From a virus (Duplodnaviria; Caudoviricetes), in the IMG/VR virus record IMGVR_UViG_3300043416_000264, positions 1-39,646 of that record: 39,646 nucleotides of DNA; one strand, 5' to 3'. The notes beneath the pieces were generated by a model. The model searched no databases. It was given only the letters and a program-made list of their open reading frames with translations, and was not told where the DNA came from. Below, in pieces: positions 37,462-39,646 of this stretch (the stretch's first letter is position 1; each line of letters begins with the position of its first letter). Position numbers and translations under genes: made by a program.

Positions 37462-37905
37462 ATGAGATTTTTATTATTTCTACTAATAACATTATTTTCA
37501 TCATCATTTGCTAAAGCAGAACTATATTCATTCAAGGTCCTAAGAGTAGTTGATGGTGATACCGTTCAAATTGAAGCACCGTTTTTACCTAAGGAACTAC
37601 GTCAGACTATTTTAATTCGTATTCATGGTATTGATACTCCAGAAAAAGGCAAGAGGGCTAAGTGTGATTATGAAGATAAACTATCTCAACAAGCTAAGTT
37701 GTTTGTTGAACTTGAATTGAGATATGCAAAGAATGTTCTCGTCCAACTCAAGTCATGGGATAAGTATGGTGGTCGTGTTCTAGGTGATCTTATTATTGAT
37801 GGTATTCCGTTGAGTAAGAAATTAGTTACCCAGAACTATGCAGTACCTTATTTTGGTAAGGGTAAGAAGAAAGACTGGTGTCAATTATCATTTAAAGGAA
37901 TTTGA
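37462..37905 (+). CDS. secreted thermonuclease (SNase family)
   Basis: Signal peptide (AKA-E), RVVDGDT, IRIHGIDTPE, DKYGGRVLG. Confidence 0.9.
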   Translation: MRFLLFLLITLFSSSFAKAELYSFKVLRVVDGDTVQIEAPFLPKELRQTILIRIHGIDTPEKGKRAKCDYEDKLSQQAKLFVELELRYAKNVLVQLKSWDKYGGRVLGDLIIDGIPLSKKLVTQNYAVPYFGKGKKKDWCQLSFKGI

Positions 37906-37907
37906 TT

Positions 37908-38366
37908 ATGATAAGATGTTTAGAAACAATTATGATTATTATGCTTGCTTTTATCATAACTATTGCTAATTTGACAGACACAGCTAAAGCAGATTGTTTT
38001 CCCTGTTTTGATCAGAATACTGTTACATACAAACAAAAAACAACTAAGAAAAAGAATACTCGACAAAAAACTGTAACTTATGATACTGGTGGTAATACAG
38101 GAATTGCATCATATTACTGGCAGCCACAAGCAGTTGCATGTGGTGGTCGATTTAATCCTAGAGCACTAACAGCAGCACATAGAACATATCCTTGTGGTTC
38201 TAAAGTTATAGTAACAAACATGCGGAATGGAGCAACAGTAACAGTAACAATTAATGATCGAGGTCCTTTTGTTCGTGGCCGCATCATTGATCTATCTTTA
38301 GCTGCTGCACAACAAATTGCTATGGTAAAGTCTGGTCTAACTAAAGTGACAATCAAAAGGATCTAA
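37908..38366 (+). CDS. RlpA-like DPBB protein (lytic transglycosylase family), exported
   Basis: Hydrophobic N-terminus; GIASYY, LTAAHRTYP.GS, VTINDRGPFV.GRIIDLS..AA. Confidence 0.88.
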   Translation: MIRCLETIMIIMLAFIITIANLTDTAKADCFPCFDQNTVTYKQKTTKKKNTRQKTVTYDTGGNTGIASYYWQPQAVACGGRFNPRALTAAHRTYPCGSKVIVTNMRNGATVTVTINDRGPFVRGRIIDLSLAAAQQIAMVKSGLTKVTIKRI

Positions 38367-38369
38367 ATT

Positions 38370-38630
38370 GTGCCAAATAGTAAAGAAATTATTGCAAACA
38401 CTGTTCTTACCATGAATAGAGATTTGCTTAAGTCTGTATTGACGAATATGCAAACTTACATTAAAGAATCAGAAGTTGATACTCATGATCCTTCTAACAT
38501 GTCAGATTTTGCAATTGTCACCGCAGCATTTGTAATGGCAATTCAAGAGTTAGACGAACACTTTGATCCAAGAATGAGTACAACGATTATTAAAATGCTT
38601 GAGACACAAAAAAAGAAATCTATGAATTGA
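38370..38630 (+). CDS. hypothetical protein (86 aa)
   Basis: AAGGA RBS and GTG start; fills the gap. Confidence 0.6.
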   Translation: MPNSKEIIANTVLTMNRDLLKSVLTNMQTYIKESEVDTHDPSNMSDFAIVTAAFVMAIQELDEHFDPRMSTTIIKMLETQKKKSMN

Positions 38631-38643
38631 GAAAGGAAATAAT

Positions 38644-39192
38644 ATGAAGATCGTATATGCATTACTGGCAAGTTTGTTTTTTACAACAACAGCACTTGCA
38701 CAACAACTATTTTTTTCAGCACCAAATCTAAGAGGAAATTGGCAAGTTGTTGGTGATAATGGCACTGAAACACTACATCCTGTTTGTAAGCTTGTAATGG
38801 TATGGCATGATGGCTCATCATTTGAATTAATCAAAGATTTTGCTGATGGTGAACTTTATATTCTTATGGTAAATAATTCATGGAATATTAATGATCCACC
38901 AAATACACGTGCAAACGCAAGACTAAATTTTCAATCTGGTAATACGATCTCTGGTGGTTCAGCAACATTTGAACTATTGAATAAGAATACAATTCGCTTT
39001 CGTGGTTTGATGGCTGATAGATTTCTGCCAGATTTTGTTAGTGCACAGAAGTTGATTATCGTTATGCCAGGAACTATTTCTAATGCAGAAGTTAATCTGA
39101 CTGGTACGTCAAATGGCATTGATGTTCTATCAAACTGTGTTCGTACATACGTTCCAACGAACAGAACAACAAAGCCTGGAATCAATCTGTAA
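38644..39192 (+). CDS. secreted hypothetical protein (182 aa)
   Basis: Signal peptide MKIVYALLASLFFTTTALA-Q; two Cys; beta-rich; AAGGA RBS. Confidence 0.7.
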   Translation: MKIVYALLASLFFTTTALAQQLFFSAPNLRGNWQVVGDNGTETLHPVCKLVMVWHDGSSFELIKDFADGELYILMVNNSWNINDPPNTRANARLNFQSGNTISGGSATFELLNKNTIRFRGLMADRFLPDFVSAQKLIIVMPGTISNAEVNLTGTSNGIDVLSNCVRTYVPTNRTTKPGINL

Positions 39193-39221
39193 CTGATTGA
39201 TTTTGTTAATAAAAATTTAGA

Positions 39222-39260
39222 TTGACTTATTGGTCTCCCTATGCTATAGTGGAGACCAAT
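39222..39260 (+). promoter_or_regulatory. sigma70-type promoter whose -10 box lies inside a 10-bp inverted repeat
   Basis: TTGACT 39222-39227, 17-bp spacer, TGC-TATAGT 39245-39250; ATTGGTCTCC 39229-39238 pairs with GGAGACCAAT 39251-39260. Confidence 0.65.
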
Positions 39261-39279
39261 TTGCTTTGAGAGGACGAAG

Positions 39280-39381
39280 ATGACAAATAATGTTGAAAAT
39301 ATCACTAGGGATGATATTTTGATTGAAATTGATTATGCCACTAGGAATGCTATCAATGAGGTTTTAGAAGATGTCAAATAA
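39280..39381 (+). CDS. repeat-array gene 1 (33 aa, degenerate units); absent from the ORF track
   Basis: GAGG RBS; MTNNVENITRDDILIEIDYATRNAINEVLEDVK*; shares its C-terminus with gene 2. Confidence 0.6.
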   Translation: MTNNVENITRDDILIEIDYATRNAINEVLEDVK

Positions 39382-39616
39382 GATCAAAAATGCCACTAGG
39401 AATGCCACTTATAATGCCACTAGTAATGCCACTTGGAAGGCCACTGATGATGTCACTAGTAATGCCACTTTGAATGCCACTTGGAAGGCCACTGATAATG
39501 CCACTAGTAATGCCACTAAGAATGCCACTAGTAATGCCACTTGGAAGGCCACTGATGATGTCACTAGTAATGCCACTTTGAATGCTATCAATGGGGTTTT
39601 AGAAGATGTCAAATAA
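39371..39616 (+). CDS. repeat-array gene 2 (81 aa; 16 x [N/K/D]-[A/V]-T-x)
   Basis: MSNKIK-(NATx)n-NAINGVLEDVK*; 11-nt overlaps with genes 1 and 3. Confidence 0.65.
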   Translation: MSNKIKNATRNATYNATSNATWKATDDVTSNATLNATWKATDNATSNATKNATSNATWKATDDVTSNATLNAINGVLEDVK

Positions 39617-39646
39617 GATCAAAAATGCCACTAAGAATGCCACTAA
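39606..39646 (+). CDS. repeat-array gene 3 (partial, runs off the window)
   Basis: MSNKIKNATKNAT...; same start as gene 2. Confidence 0.55.
   Translation, partial: MSNKIKNATKNAT

Larger units (their letters stand above)
39345..39646 (+). repeat. nested tandem repeat: 12-bp AATGCCACTNNN units, an internal 65-bp duplication and a 235-bp cassette period
   Basis: 39345-39409 vs 39580-39644 (2 mismatches); 39413-39477 identical to 39521-39585. Confidence 0.9.

Noticed and set aside
37280-37465. 61-aa ORF in the track (MLVLLLHH...)
   Set aside because: Wrong-frame shadow of the frameshifted secreted gene; TTG start with a less protein-like sequence.
151-39305. The many minus-strand and nested alternate-frame ORFs in the track (e.g. 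8321-8878, 31243-31725, 38931-39305)
   Set aside because: They overlap well-supported plus-strand genes and show no recognisable motifs.
39409-39612. Minus-strand hydrophobic ORF (VALLVAL...)
   Set aside because: Shadow of the plus-strand repeat; the promoter, RBS and gene overlaps all favour the plus strand.
39345-39646. CRISPR array or DGR template/variable repeat
   Set aside because: The stretches between junction repeats are themselves 12-bp tandem units, not unique spacers. Variation is not confined to adenines, and no cas or reverse transcriptase gene is in the window.

Overview
An AT-rich, almost entirely plus-strand segment of a T4-like myovirus genome. It carries the core replication/recombination/late-transcription module: gp55 sigma, gp47/gp46 nuclease, dNMP kinase, gp45 clamp, DsbA-like protein, gp44/gp62 clamp loader, RegA, dUTPase, gp43 polymerase, UvsX and gp41 helicase. 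Interleaved accessory genes include a TET-associated/GREB1-like glycosyltransferase pair, a CobT-like/CobS-like vWA-AAA+ pair, two HNH endonucleases, a gp5-C-terminal-like + PAAR pair, Hsp20, a multi-domain endolysin, an 11-gene glycan biosynthesis/methylation island, two tRNAs (Leu-UAA, Ile-UAU), PstS and a cluster of signal-peptide proteins behind a late promoter. The PstS, RlpA, BA14K-like and ROSE-like features suggest an alphaproteobacterial host (inference). The most unusual signals are: (1) a tandem, frame-stepping array of small genes built from 12-bp (N-A-T-x) units behind a promoter whose -10 box lies inside an inverted repeat, running off the window end; (2) a three-half-site TATGCA-N5-TGCATA-N5-(T/C)ATGCA operator at identical spacing upstream of two weak promoters, both driving HExxH proteins; (3) a +1 frameshift (CAC TTT CGG) inside the first catalytic motif of gp47, directly behind a homing-endonuclease remnant; (4) a GDP-mannose 3,5-epimerase next to a GT10 transferase; and (5) several deletion or frameshift relics. 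All product calls come from motif recognition by eye; no database searches were run.
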